64,000 nucleotides of DNA, taken from Eledone cirrhosa. Its lineage: Eukaryota. The notes beneath the pieces are model-generated. The model was not told the DNA's origin. It did not search any database and saw only the letters and a program-made list of their open reading frames with translations. Both the position numbers and the translations under genes were made by a program. The DNA lies in NCBI GenBank assembly GCA_964016885.1, contig OZ024762.1, forward strand, positions 30,380,001 through 30,444,000. Direction: 5' to 3'. Shown here in pieces: positions 1 to 13,675 of the stretch. Numbering within the stretch: position 1 is the stretch's first letter; each line of letters opens with the position of its first letter.

Positions 1-48
1 TTAGCTGTCAGAAGTCACTCCAATGTTGGTGAGAATTCATTTAAGTTC

Positions 49-102
49 ATGGTATTAGCTGTCAGAAGTAACTCCACTGTTGGTGAGAATTCATTTAAGT
101 TC
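49..102 (+). repeat. Representative consensus 54-bp monomer (contains AluI AGCT, EcoRI GAATTC, MseI TTAA)
   Basis: Read directly from 49-102. Common polymorphic monomer positions: 7 (T/C), 21 (T/G), 22 (A/C), 25 (T/C/G), 29 (C/A/T), 51 (G/A), deletion of one T at 52-53, and 1 (A/T after some deletions). Confidence 0.98.
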
Positions 103-1070
103 ATGGTATTAGCTGTCAGAAGTAACTCCACTGTTGGTGAGAATTCCTTTAAATTCATGGTATTAGCTGTCAGAAGTAACTCCACTGTTGGTGAGAATTC
201 ATTTAAGTTCATGGTATTAGCTGTCAGAAGTAACTCCACTGTTGGTGAGAATTCATTTAAGTTCATGGTATTAGCTGTCAGAAGGAACTCCAATGTTGGT
301 GAGAATTCATTTAAGTTCATGGTATTAGCTGTCAGAAGGAACGCCACTGTTGGTGAGAATTCATTTAAGTCATGGTATTAGCTGTCAGAAGTAACTCCAT
401 TGTTGGTGAGAATTCATTTAAGTCATGGTACTAGCTGTCAGAAGTAACTCCACTGTTGGTGAGAATTCATTTAAGTTCATGGTATTAGCTGTCAGAAGTA
501 ACTCCACTGTTGGTGAGAATTCATTTAAGTTCATGGTAATAGCTGTCAGAAGTAACTCCACTGTTGGTGAGAATTCATTTAAGTTCATGGTACTAGCTGT
601 CAGAAGGAACTCCACTGTTGGTGAGAATTCATTTAAGTTCATGGTATTAGCTGTCAGAAGTAACTCCAATGTTGGTGAGAATTCATTTAAGTCATGGTAC
701 TAGCTGTCAGAAGTAACTCCACTGTTGGTGAGAATTCATTTAAGTTCATGGTATTAGCTGTCAGAAGGAACTCCACTGTTGGTGAGAATTCATTTAAGTT
801 CATGGTATTAGCTGTCAAAAGTAACTCCACTGTTGGTGAGAATTCATTTAAGTTCATGGTACTAGCTGTCAGAAGTAACTCCAATGTTGGTGAGAATTCA
901 TTTAAGTTCATGGTATTAGCTGTCAGAAGTAACTCCACTGTTGGTGGGAATTCATTTAAGTTGATGGTATTAGCTGTCAGAAGTAACTCCACTGATGGTG
1001 AGAATTCATTTAAGTTCATGGTACTAGCTGTCAGAAGTAACTCCACTGTTGGTGAGAATTCATTTAAGTC

Positions 1071-4000
1071 ATGGTACTATCTGTCAGAAGTAACTCCACT
1101 GTTGGTGAGAATTCATTTAAGTTCATGGTACTAGCTGTCAGAAGTAACTCCACTGTTGGTGAGAATTCATTTAAGTTCATGGTACTAGCTGTCAGAAGTA
1201 ACTCCACTGTTGGTGAGAATTCATTTAAGTTCATGGTACTAGCTGTCAGAAGTAACTCCACTGTTGGTGAGAATTCATTTAAGTTCATGGTACTAGCTGT
1301 CAGAAGTAACTCCAGTGTTGGTGAGAATTCATTTAAGTTCATGGTATTAGCTGTCAGAAGTAACTCCACTGTTGGTGAGAATTCATTTAAGTTCATGGTA
1401 CTAGCTGTCAGAAGTAACTCCACTGTTGGTGAGAATTCATTTAAGTTCATGGTACTAGCTGTCAGAAGTAACTCCAATGTTGGTGAGAATCCATTTAAGT
1501 TCATGGTATTAGCTGTCAGAAGTAACTCCACTGTTGGTGAGAATTCATTTAAGTTCATGGTACTAGCTGTCAGAAGTAACTCCACTGTTGGTGAGAATTC
1601 ATTTAAGTTCATGGTACTAGCTGTCAGAAGTAACCCCAATGTTGGTGAGAATTCATTTAAGTTCATGGTATTAGCTGTCAGAAGTCACTCCAATGTTGGT
1701 GAGAATTCATTTAAGTTCATGGTATTAGCTGTCAGAAGTCACTCCACTGTTGGTGAGAATTCATTTAAGTTCATGGTACTAGCTGTCAGAAGTAACCCCA
1801 ATGTTCATGAGAATTCATTTAAGTTCATGGTATTAGCTGTCAGAAATCACTCCAATGTTGGTGAGAATTCATTTAAGTTCATGGTATTAGCTGTCAGAAG
1901 TAACTCCACTGTTGGTGAGAATTCATTTAAGTTCATGGTATTAGCTGTCAGAAGTAACTCCACTGTTGGAGAGAATTCATTTAAGTTCATGGTATTAGCT
2001 GTCAGAAGGAACTCCAATGTTGGTGAGAATTCATTTAAGTTCATGGTATTAGCTGTCAGAAGTAACTCCACTGTTGGTGAGAATTCATTTAGGTTCATGG
2101 TACTAGCTGTCAGAAGTAACTCCAATGTTGGTGAGAATTCATTTAAGTTCATGGTATTAGCTGTCAGAAGTAACTCCACTGTTGGTGAGAATTCATTTAA
2201 GTTCATGGTATTAGCTGTCAGAAGTAACTCCACTGTTGGTGAGAATTCATTTAAGTTCATGGTACTAGCTGTCAGAAGTAACTCCACTGTTGGTGAGAAT
2301 TCATTTAAGTTCATGGTATTAGCTGTCAGAAGTAACTCCACTGTTGGTGAGAATTCATTTAAGTCATGGTATTAGCTGTCAGAAGTAACTCCATTGTTGG
2401 TGAGAATTCATTTAAGTCATGGTACTAGCTGTCAGAAGTAACTCCACTGTTGGTGAGAATTCATTTAAGTCATGGTATTAGCTGTCAGAAGTAACTCCAT
2501 TGTTGGTGAGAATTCATTTAAGTCATGGTACTAGCTGTCAGAAGTAACTCCACTGTTGGTGAGAATTCATTTAAGTTCATGGTATTAGCTGTCAGAAGGA
2601 ACTCCACTGTTGGTGAGAATTCATTTAAGTTCATGGTATTAGCTGTCAGAAGTAACTCCACTGTTGGTGAGAATTCATTTAAGTTCATGGTACTAGCTGT
2701 CAGAAGTAACTCCAATGTTGGTGAGAATTCATTTAATTTCATGGTATTAGCTGTCAGAAGTAACTCCACTGTTGGTGAGAATTCATTTAAGTTCATGGTA
2801 TTAGCTGTCAGAAGTAACTCCACTGTTAGTGAGAATTCATTTAAGTTCATGGTACTAGCTGTCAGAAGTAACTCCACTGTTGGTGAGAATTCATTTAAGT
2901 CATGGTATTAGCTGTCAGAAGTAACTCCATTGTTGGTGAGAATTCATTTAAGTCATGGTACTAGCTGTCAGAAGTAACTCCACTGTTGGTGAGAATTCAT
3001 TTAAGTTCATGGTACTAGCTGTCAGAAGTAACTCCACTGTTGGTGAGAATTCATTTAAGTTCATGGTACTAGCTGTCAGAAGTAACTCCACTGTTGGTGA
3101 GAATTCATTTAAGTTCATGGTACTAGCTGTCAGAAGTAACTCCACTGTTGGTGAGAATTCATTTAAGTTCATGGTACTAGCTGTCAGAAGGAACTCCACT
3201 GTTGGTGAGAATTCATTTAAGTTCATGGTACTAGCTGTCAGAAGTAACTCCACTGTTGGTGAGAATTCATTTATGTTCATGGTACTAGCTGTCAGAAGTA
3301 ACTCCAATGTTGGTGAGAATTCATTTAAGTTCATGGTATTAGCTGTCAGAAGTAACTCCACTGTTGGTGAGAATTCATTTAAGTTCATGGTACTAGCTGT
3401 CAGAAGTAATTCCACTGTTGGTGAGAATTCATTTAAGTTCATGGTATTAGCTGTCAGAAGTAACTCCACTGTTGGTGAGAATTCATTTAAGTTCATGGTA
3501 CTAGCTGTCAGAAGTAACCCCAATGTTGGTGAGAATTCATTTAAGTTCATGGTATTAGCTGTCAGAAGTCACTCCAATGTTGGTGAGAATTCATTTAAGT
3601 TCATGGTATTAGCTGTCAGAAGTCACTCCACTGTTGGTGAGAATTCATTTAAGTTCATGGTACTAGCTGTCAGAAGTAACCCCAATGTTGGTGAGAATTC
3701 ATTTAAGTTCATGGTATTAGCTGTCAGAAGTCACTCCAATGTTGGTGAGAATTCATTTAAGTTCATGGTATTAGCTGTCAGAAGTAACTCCACTGTTGGT
3801 GAGAATTCATTTAAGTTCATGGTATTAGCTGTCAGAAGTAACTCCACTGTTGGTGAGAATTCATTTAAGTTCATGGTATTAGCTGTCAGAAGGAACTCCA
3901 CTGTTGTTGAGAATTCATTTAAGTTCATGGTATTAGCTGTCAGAAGTAACTCCACTGTTGGTGAGAATTCATTTAAGTTCATGGTACTAGCTGTCAGAAG

Positions 4001-4259
4001 TAACTTCATTGTTGGTGAGAATTCATTTAAGTTCATGGTATTAGCTGTCAGAAGGAACGCCACTGTTGGTGCGAATTCATTTAAGTTCATGGTATTAGCT
4101 GTCAGAAGTAACTCCACTGTTGGTGAGAATTCATTTAAGTTCATGGTATTAGCTGTCAGAAGTAACTCCACTGTTGGTGAGAATTCATTTAAGTTCATGG
4201 TACTAGATGTCAGAAGTAACCCCAATGTTGGTGAGAATTCATTTAAGTCATGGTATTAG
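1071..4259. repeat. Diverged higher-order duplication, offset 1,884 bp (35 monomers)
   Basis: Two deletion-free runs of equal length (1071-2375 and 2955-4259) carry the five-monomer CCCAAT/TCAC cassette in the same register (monomer 11 onward). 1884 = 35x54 - 6. The copies differ at many sites. Confidence 0.6.
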
Positions 4260-4302
4260 CTGTCAGAAGTAACTCCATTGTTGGTGAGAATTCATTTAAG
4301 TC

Positions 4303-7300
4303 ATGGTACTAGCTGTCAGAAGTAACTCCACTGTTGGTGAGAATTCATTTAAGTTCATGGTATTAGCTGTCAGAAGTAACTCCACTGTTGGTGAGAATTC
4401 ATTTAAGTTCATGGTACTAGCTGTCAGAAGTAACCCCAATGTTGGTGAGAATTCATTTAAGTTCATGGTATTAGCTGTCAGAAGTCACTCCAATGTTGGT
4501 GAGAATTCATTTAAGTTCATGGTATTAGCTGTCAGAAGTCACTCCACTGTTGGTGAGAATTCATTTAAGTTCATGGTACTAGCTGTCAGAAGTAACCCCA
4601 ATGTTGGTGAGAATTCATTTAAGTTCATGGTATTAGCTGTCAGAAGGAACGCCACTGTTGGTGAGAATTCATTTAAGTCATGGTATGAGCTGTCAGAAGT
4701 AACTCCATTGTTGGTGAGAATTCATTTAAATCATGGTACTAGCTGTCAGAAGTAACTCCACTGTTGGTGAGAATTCATTTAAGTTCATGGTATTAGCTGT
4801 CAGAAGGAACTCCACTGTTGGTGAGAATTCATTTAAGTTCATGGTATTAGCTGTCAGAAGTAACTCCACTGTTGGTGAGAATTCATTTAAGTTCATGGTA
4901 CTAGCTGTCAGAAGTAACTCCACTGTTGGTGAGAATTCATTTAAGTTCATGGTACTAGCTGTCAGAAGGAACTCCACTGTTGGTGAGAATTCATTTAAGT
5001 TCATGGTATTAGCTGTCAGAAGTAACTCCAATGTTGGTGATAATTCATTTAAGTCTTGGTACTAGCTGTCAGAAGTAACTCCACTGTTGGTGAGAATTCA
5101 TTTAAGTTCATGGTATTAGCTGTCAGAAGGAACTCCACTGTTGGTGAGAATTCATTTAAGTTCATGGTATTAGCTGTCAGAAGTAACTCCACTGTTGGTG
5201 AGAATTCATTTAAGTTCATGGTACTAGCTGTCAGAAGTAACTCCACTGTTGGTGAGAATTCATTTAAGTTCATGGTACTAGCTGTCAGAAGGAACTCCAC
5301 TGTTGGTGAGAATTCATTTAAGTTCATGGTATTAGCTGTCAGAAGTAACTCCAATGTTGGTGAGAATTCATTTAATTTTTGGTATTAGCTGTCAGAAGTA
5401 ACTCCACTGTTGGTGAGAATTCATTTAAGTTCATGGTACTAGCTGTCAGAAGTAACCCCAATGTTGGTGAGAATTCATTTAAGTTCATGGTATTAGCTGT
5501 CAGAAGTCACTCCAATGTTGGTGAGAATTCATTTAAGTTCATGGTATTAGCTGTCAGAAGTCACTCCACTGTTGGTGAGAATTCATTTAAGTTCATGGTA
5601 CTAGCTGTCAGAAGTAACCCCAATGTTGGTGAGAATTCATTTAAGTTCATGGTATTAGCTGTCAGAAGTCACTCCAATGTTGGTGAGAATTCATTTAAGT
5701 TCATGGTATTAGCTGTCAGAAGTAACTCCACTGTTGGTGAGAATTCATTTAAGTTAATGGTATTAGCTGTCAGAAGTAACTCCACTGTTGGTGAGAATTC
5801 ATTTAAGTTCATGGTATTAGCTGTCAGAAGTAACTCCACTGTTGGTGGGAATTCATTTAAATTCATGGTATTAGCTGTCAGAAGTAACTCCACTGTTGGT
5901 GAGAATTCATTTAAGTTCATGGTATTAGCTGTCAGAAGGAACGCCACTGTTGGTGAGAATTCATTTAAGTCATGGTATTAGCTGTCAGAAGTAACTCCAT
6001 TGTTGGTGAGAATTCATTTAAGTCATGGTACTAGCTGTCAGAAGTAACTCCACTGTTGGTGAGAATTCATTTAAGTTCATGGTATTAGCTGTCAGAAGGA
6101 ACTCCACTGTTGGTGAGAATTCATTTAAGTTCATGGTATTAGCTGTCAGAAGTAACTCCACTGTTGGTGAGAATTCATTTAAGTTCATGGTACTAGCTGT
6201 CAGAAGTAACTCCACTGTTGGTGAGAATTCATTTAAGTTCATGGTATTAGCTGTCAGAAGTAACTCCACTGTTGGTGAGAATTCATTTAAGTTCATGGTA
6301 CTAGCTGTCAGAAGTAACCCCAATGTTGGTGAGAATTCATTTAAGTTCATGGTATTAGCTGTCAGAAGTCACTCCAATGTTGGTGAGAATTCATTTAAGT
6401 TCATGGTATTAGCTGTCAGAAGTCACTCCACTGTTGGTGAGAATTCATTTAAGTTCATGGTACTAGCTGTCAGAAGTAACCCCAATGTTGGTGAGAATTC
6501 ATTTAAGTTCATGGTATTAGCTGTCAGAAGTCACTCCAATGTTGGTGAGAATTCATTTAAGTTCATGGTATTAGCTGTCAGAAGTAACTCCACTGTTGGT
6601 GAGAATTCATTTAAGTTCATGGTATTAGCTGTCAGAAGTAACTCCACTGTTGGTGAGAATTCATTTAAGTTCATGTTATTAGCTGTCAGAAGTAACTCCA
6701 CTGTTGGTGAGAATTCATTTAAATTCATGGTATTAGCTGTCAGAAGTAACTCCACTGTTGGTGAGAATTCATTTAAGTTCATGGTATTAGCTGTCAGAAG
6801 GAACTCCAATGTTGGTGAGAATTCATTTAAGTTCATGGTATTAGCTGTCAGAAGGAACGCCACTGTTGGTGCGAATTCATTTAAGTCATGGTATTAGCTG
6901 TCAGAAGTAACTCCATTGTTGGTGAGAATTCATTTAAGTCATGGTACTAGCTGTCAGAAGTAACTCCACTGTTGGTGAGAATTCATTTAAGTTCATGGTA
7001 TTAGCTGTCAGAAGGAACTCCACTGTTGTTGAGAATTCATTTAAGTTCATGGTATTAGCTGTCAGAAGTAACTCCACTGTTGGTGAGAATTCATTTAAGT
7101 TCATGGTACTAGCTGTCAGAAGTAACTCCATTGTTGGTGAGAATTCATTTAAGTTCATGGTACTAGCTGTCAGAAGGAACTCCACTGTTGGTGAGAATTC
7201 ATTTAAGTTCATGGTATTAGCTGTCAGAAGTAACTCCAATGTTGGTGAGAATTCATTTAAGTCTTGGTACTAGCTGTCAGAAGTAACTCCACTGTTGGTG

Positions 7301-10300
7301 AGAATTCATTTAAGTTCATGGTATTAGCTGTCAGAAGGAACTCCACTGTTGGTGAGAATTCATTTAAGTTAATGGTATTAGCTGTCAGAAGTAACTCCAC
7401 TGTTGGTGAGAATTCATTTAAGTTCATGGTATTAGCTGTCAGAAGTAACTCCACTGTTGGTGAGAATTCATTTAAGTCATGGTATTAGCTGTCAGAAGTA
7501 ACTCCATTGTTGGTGAGAATTCATTTAAGTCATGGTACTAGCTGTCAGAAGTAACTCCACTGTTGGTGAGAATTCATTTAAGTTCATGGTATTAGCTGTC
7601 AGAAGTAACTCCACTGTTGGTGAGAATTCATTTAAGTTCATGGTACTAGCTGTCAGAAGTAACCCCAATGTTGGTGAGAATTCATTTAAGTTCATGGTAT
7701 TAGCTGTCAGAAGTCACTCCAATGTTGGTGAGAATTCATTTAAGTTCATGGTATTAGCTGTCAGAAGTCACTCCACTGTTGGTGAGAATTCATTTAAGTT
7801 CATGGTACTAGCTGTCAGAAGTAACCCCAATGTTGGTGAGAATTCATTTAAGTTCATGGTATTAGCTGTCAGAAGGAACGCCACTGTTGGTGAGAATTCA
7901 TTTAAGTCATGGTATGAGCTGTCAGAAGTAACTCCATTGTTGGTGAGAATTCATTTAAATCATGGTACTAGCTGTCAGAAGTAACTCCACTGTTGGTGGG
8001 AATTCATTTAAATTCATGGTATTAGCTGTCAGAAGTAACTCCAATGTTGGTGATAATTCATTTAAGTCTTGGTACTAGCTGTCAGAAGTAACTCCACTGT
8101 TGGTGAGAATTCATTTAAGTTCATGGTATTAGCTGTCAGAAGTAACTCCAATGTTGGTGATAATTCATTTAAGTCTTGGTACTAGCTGTCAGAAGTAACT
8201 CCACTGTTGGTGAGAATTCATTTAAGTTCATGGTATTAGCTGTCAGAAGGAACTCCACTGTTGGTGAGAATTCATTTAAGTTCATGGTATTAGCTGTCAG
8301 AAGTAACTCCACTGTTGGTGAGAATTCATTTAAGTTCATGGTACTAGCTGTCAGAAGTAACTCCACTGTTGGTGAGAATTCATTTAAGTTCATGGTACTA
8401 GCTGTCAGAAGGAACTCCACTGTTGGTGAGAATTCATTTAAGTTCATGGTATTAGCTGTCAGAAGTAACTCCAATGTTGGTGAGAATTCATTTAATTTTT
8501 GGTATTAGCTGTCAGAAGTAACTCCACTGTTGGTGAGAATTCATTTAAGTTCATGGTACTAGCTGTCAGAAGTAACCCCAATGTTGGTGAGAATTCATTT
8601 AAGTTCATGGTATTAGCTGTCAGAAGTCACTCCAATGTTGGTGAGAATTCATTTAAGTTCATGGTATTAGCTGTCAGAAGTCACTCCACTGTTGGTGAGA
8701 ATTCATTTAAGTTCATGGTACTAGCTGTCAGAAGTAACCCCAATGTTGGTGAGAATTCATTTAAGTTCATGGTATTAGCTGTCAGAAGTCACTCCAATGT
8801 TGGTGAGAATTCATTTAAGTTCATGGTATTAGCTGTCAGAAGTAACTCCACTGTTGGTGAGAATTCATTTAAGTTAATGGTATTAGCTGTCAGAAGTAAC
8901 TCCACTGTTGGTGAGAATTCATTTAAGTTCATGGTATTAGCTGTCAGAAGTAACTCCACTGTTGGTGGGAATTCATTTAAATTCATGGTATTAGCTGTCA
9001 GAAGTAACTCCACTGTTGGTGAGAATTCATTTAAGTTCACGGTATTAGCTGTCAGAAGGAACGCCACTGTTGGTGAGAATTCATTTAAGTCATGGTATTA
9101 GCTGTCAGAAGTAACTCCATTGTTGGTGAGAATTCATTTAAGTCATGGTACTAGCTGTCAGAAGTAACTCCACTGTTGGTGAGAATTCATTTAAGTTCAT
9201 GGTATTAGCTGTCAGAAGGAACTCCACTGTTGGTGAGAATTCATTTAACTTCATGGTATTAGCTGTCAGAAGTAACTCCACTGTTGGTGAGAATTCATTT
9301 AAGTTCATGGTACTAGCTGTCAGAAGTAACTCCACTGTTGGTGAGAATTCATTTAAGTTCATGGTACTAGCTGTCAGAAGGAACTCCACTGTTGGTGAGA
9401 ATTCATTTAAGTTCATGGTATTAGCTGTCAGAAGTAACTCCAATGTTGGTGATAATTCATTTAAGTCTTGGTACTAGCTGTCAGAAGTAACTCCACTGTT
9501 GGTGAGAATTCATTTAAGTTCATGGTATTAGCTGTCAGAAGGAACTCCACTGTTGGTGAGAATTCATTTAAGTTCATGGTATTAGCTGTCAGAAGTAACT
9601 CCACTGTTGGTGAGAATTCATTTAAGTTCATGGTACTAGCTGTCAGAAGTAACTCCACTGTTGGTGAGAATTCATTTAAGTTCATGGTATTAGCTGTCAG
9701 AAGTAACTCCACTGTTGGTGAGAATTCATTTAAGTCATGGTATTAGCTGTCAGAAGTAACTCCATTGTTGGTGAGAATTCATTTAAGTCATGGTACAGGC
9801 TGTCAGAAGTAACTCCACTGTTGGTGAGAATTCATTTAAGTTCATGGTACTAGCTGTCAGAAGTAACTCCACTGTTGGTGAGAATTCATTTAAGTTCATG
9901 GTACTAGCTGTCAGAAGTAACTCCACTGTTGGTGAGAATTCATTTAAGTTCATGGTACTAGCTGTCAGAAGTAACTCCACTGTTGGTGAGAATTCATTTA
10001 AGTTCATGGTATTAGCTGTCAGAAGTAACTCCACTGTTGGTGAGAATTCATTTAAGTTCATGGTACTAGCTGTCAGAAGTAACTCCACTGTTGGTGAGAA
10101 TTCATTTAAGTTCATGGTACTAGCTGTCAGAAGTAACCCCAATGTTGGTGAGAATTCATTTAAGTTCATGGTATTAGCTGTCAGAAGTCACTCCAATGTT
10201 GGTGAGAATTCATTTATGTTCATGGTATTAGCTGTCAGAAGTCACTCCACTGTTGGTGAGAATTCATTTAAGTTCATGGTACTAGCTGTCAGAAGTAACC

Positions 10301-13300
10301 CCAATGTTGGTGAGAATTCATTTAAGTTCATGGTATTAGCTGTCAGAAGTCACTCCAATGTTGGTGAGAATTCATTTAAGTTCATGGTATTAGCTGTCAG
10401 AAGTAACTCCACTGTTGGTGAGAATTCATTTAAGTTCATGGTATTAGCTGTCAGTAGTAACTCCACTGTTGGTGAGAATTCATTTAAGTTCATGGTATTA
10501 GCTGTCAGAAGTAACTCCACTGTTGGTGAGAATTCATTTAAGTTCATGGTATTAGCTGTCAGAAGTAACTCCACTGTTGGTGAGAATTCATTTAAGTTCA
10601 TGGTATTAGCTGTCAGAAGTAACTCCAATGTTGGTAAGAATTCATTTAAGTTCATGGTATTAGCTGTCAGAAGGAACGCCACTGTTGGTGAGAATTCATT
10701 TAAGTCATGGTATTAGCTGTCAGAAGTAACTCCATTGTTGGTGAGAATTCATTTAAGTCATGGTACTAGCTGTAAGAAGTAACTCCACTGTTGGTGAGAA
10801 TTCATTTAAGTTCATGGTATTAGCTGTCAGAAGGAACTCCACTGTTGGTGAGAATTCATTTAAGTTCATGGTATTAGCTGTCAGAAGTAACTCCACTGTT
10901 GGTGAGAATTCATTTAAGTTCATGGTACTAGCTGTCAGAAGTAACTCCACTGTTGGTGAGAATTCATTTAAGTTCATGGTACTAGCTGTCAGAAGTAACT
11001 CCAATGTTGGTGAGAATTCATTTAAGTTCATGGTATTAGCTGTCAGAAGGAACTCCACTGTTGGTGAGAATTCATTTAAGTTCATGGTATTAGCTGTCAG
11101 AAGTAACTCCACTGTTGGTGAGAATTCATTTAAGTTCATGGTATTAGCTGTCAGAAGTAACTCCACTGTTGGTGAGAATTCATTTAAATTCATGGTATTA
11201 GCTGTCAGAAGTAACTCCACTGTTGGTGAGAATTCATTTAAGTCATGGTATTAGCTGTCAGAAGTAACTCCATTGTTGGTGAGAATTCATTTAAATCATG
11301 GTACTAGCTGTCAGAAGTAACTCCACTGTTGGTGAGAATTCATTTAAGTTCATGGTATTAGCTGTCAGAAGGAACTCCACTGTTGGTGAGAATTCATTTA
11401 AGTTCATGGTATTAGCTGTCAGAAGTAACTCCACTGTTGGTGAGAATTCATTTAAGTTCATGGTACTAGCTGTCAGAAGTAACCCCAATGTTGGTGAGAA
11501 TTCATTTAAGTTCATGGTATTAGCTGTCAGAAGTCACTCCAATGTTGGTGAGAATTCATTTAAGTTCATGGTATTAGCTGTCAGAAGTCACTCCACTGTT
11601 GGTGAGAATTCATTTAAGTTCATGGTACTAGCTGTCAGAAGTAACCCCAATGTTGGTGAGAATTCATTTAAGTTCATGGTATTAGCTGTCAGAAGGAACG
11701 CCACTGTTGGTGAGAATTCATTTAAGTCATGGTATGAGCTGTCAGAAGTAACTCCATTGTTGGTGAGAATTCATTTAAATCATGGTACTAGCTGTCAGAA
11801 GTAACTCCACTGTTGGTGAGAATTCATTTAAGTTCATGGTATTAGCTGTCAGAAGGAACTCCACTGTTGGTGAGAATTCATTTAAGTTCATGGTATTAGC
11901 TGTCAGAAGTAACTCCACTGTTGGTGAGAATTCATTTAAGTTCATGGTACTAGCTGTCAGAAGTAACTCCACTGTTGGTGAGAATTCATTTAAGTTCATG
12001 GTACTAGCTGTCAGAAGGAACTCCACTGTTGGTGAGAATTCATTTAAGTTCATGGTATTAGCTGTCAGAAGTAACTCCAATGTTGGTGATAATTCATTTA
12101 AGTCTTGGTACTAGCTGTCAGAAGTAACTCCACTGTTGGTGAGAATTCATTTAAGTTCATGGTATTAGCTGTCAGAAGGAACTCCACTGTTGGTGAGAAT
12201 TCATTTAAGTTCATGGTATTAGCTGTCAGAAGTAACTCCACTGTTGGTGAGAATTCATTTAAGTTCATGGTACTAGCTGTCAGAAGTAACTCCACTGTTG
12301 GTGAGAATTCATTTAAGTTCATGGTACTAGCTGTCAGAAGGAACTCCACTGTTGGTGAGAATTCATTTAAGTTCATGGTATTAGCTGTCAGAAGTAACTC
12401 CAATGTTGGTGAGAATTCATTTAATTTTTGGTATTAGCTGTCAGAAGTAACTCCACTGTTGGTGAGAATTCATTTAAGTTCATGGTACTAGCTGTCAGAA
12501 GTAACCCCAATGTTGGTGAGAATTCATTTAAGTTCATGGTATTAGCTGTCAGAAGTCACTCCAATGTTGGTGAGAATTCATTTAAGTTCATGGTATTAGC
12601 TGTCAGAAGTCACTCCACTGTTGGTGAGAATTCATTTAAGTTCATGGTACTAGCTGTCAGAAGTAACCCCAATGTTGGTGAGAATTCATTTAAGTTCATG
12701 GTATTAGCTGTCAGAAGTCACTCCAATGTTGGTGAGAATTCATTTAAGTTCATGGTATTAGCTGTCAGAAGTAACTCCACTGTTGGTGAGAATTCATTTA
12801 AGTTAATGGTATTAGCTGTCAGAAGTAACTCCACTGTTGGTGAGAATTCATTTAAGTTCATGGTATTAGCTGTCAGAAGTAACTCCACTGTTGGTGGGAA
12901 TTCATTTAAATTCATGGTATTAGCTGTCAGAAGTAACTCCACTGTTGGTGAGAATTCATTTAAGTTCATGGTATTAGCTGTCAGAAGGAACGCCACTGTT
13001 GGTGAGAATTCATTTAAGTCATGGTATTAGCTGTCAGAAGTAACTCCATTGTTGGTGAGAATTCATTTAAGTCATGGTACTAGCTGTCAGAAGTAACTCC
13101 ACTGTTGGTGAGAATTCATTTAAGTTCATGGTATTAGCTGTCAGAAGGAACTCCACTGTTGGTGAGAATTCATTTAAGTTCATGGTATTAGCTGTCAGAA
13201 GTAACTCCACTGTTGGTGAGAATTCATTTAAGTTCATGGTACTAGCTGTCAGAAGTAACTCCACTGTTGGTGAGAATTCATTTAAGTTCATGGTACTAGC

Positions 13301-13675
13301 TGTCAGAAGGAACTCCACTGTTGGTGAGAATTCATTTAAGTTCATGGTATTAGCTGTCAGAAGTAACTCCAATGTTGGTGATAATTCATTTAAGTCTTGG
13401 TACTAGCTGTCAGAAGTAACTCCACTGTTGGTGAGAATTCATTTAAGTTCATGGTATTAGCTGTCAGAAGGAACTCCACTGTTGGTGAGAATTCATTTAA
13501 GTTCATGGTATTAGCTGTCAGAAGTAACTCCACTGTTGGTGAGAATTCATTTAAGTTCATGGTACTAGCTGTCAGAAGTAACTCCACTGTTGGTGAGAAT
13601 TCATTTAAGTTCATGGTATTAGCTGTCAGAAGTAACTCCACTGTTGGTGAGAATTCATTTAAGTCATGGTATTAG
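4303..13675. repeat. Three related copies of a ~3-4 kb higher-order block
   Basis: Rare markers recur in the same order: GGTATGAG (~4686, ~7916, ~11735), TTTAATTTTTGG (~5375, ~8495, ~12425), AAGTTAATGG (~5755, ~8875, ~12805). ORF-track offsets are 3120 (5056/8176, 5379/8499) and 3929 (8176/12105, 8499/12428, 9145/13074, 9468/13397). Confidence 0.85.

Noticed and set aside
49-102. Faint resemblance of NEFSP to cadherin linker motifs and of VLAV..VGENS to fibronectin type III strands
   Set aside because: Matches of 4-5 residues in an 18-aa unit cannot form those ~90-110 aa domains and are expected by chance.
687-703. Overlapping start/stop (ATG...TAG, 'KSWY*') junctions suggesting translational coupling or programmed frameshifting
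   Set aside because: This is the automatic result of the AAGTTC to AAGTC deletion putting the monomer's TAG in frame just after its ATG. I saw no Shine-Dalgarno sequence, canonical slippery heptamer or downstream structure.
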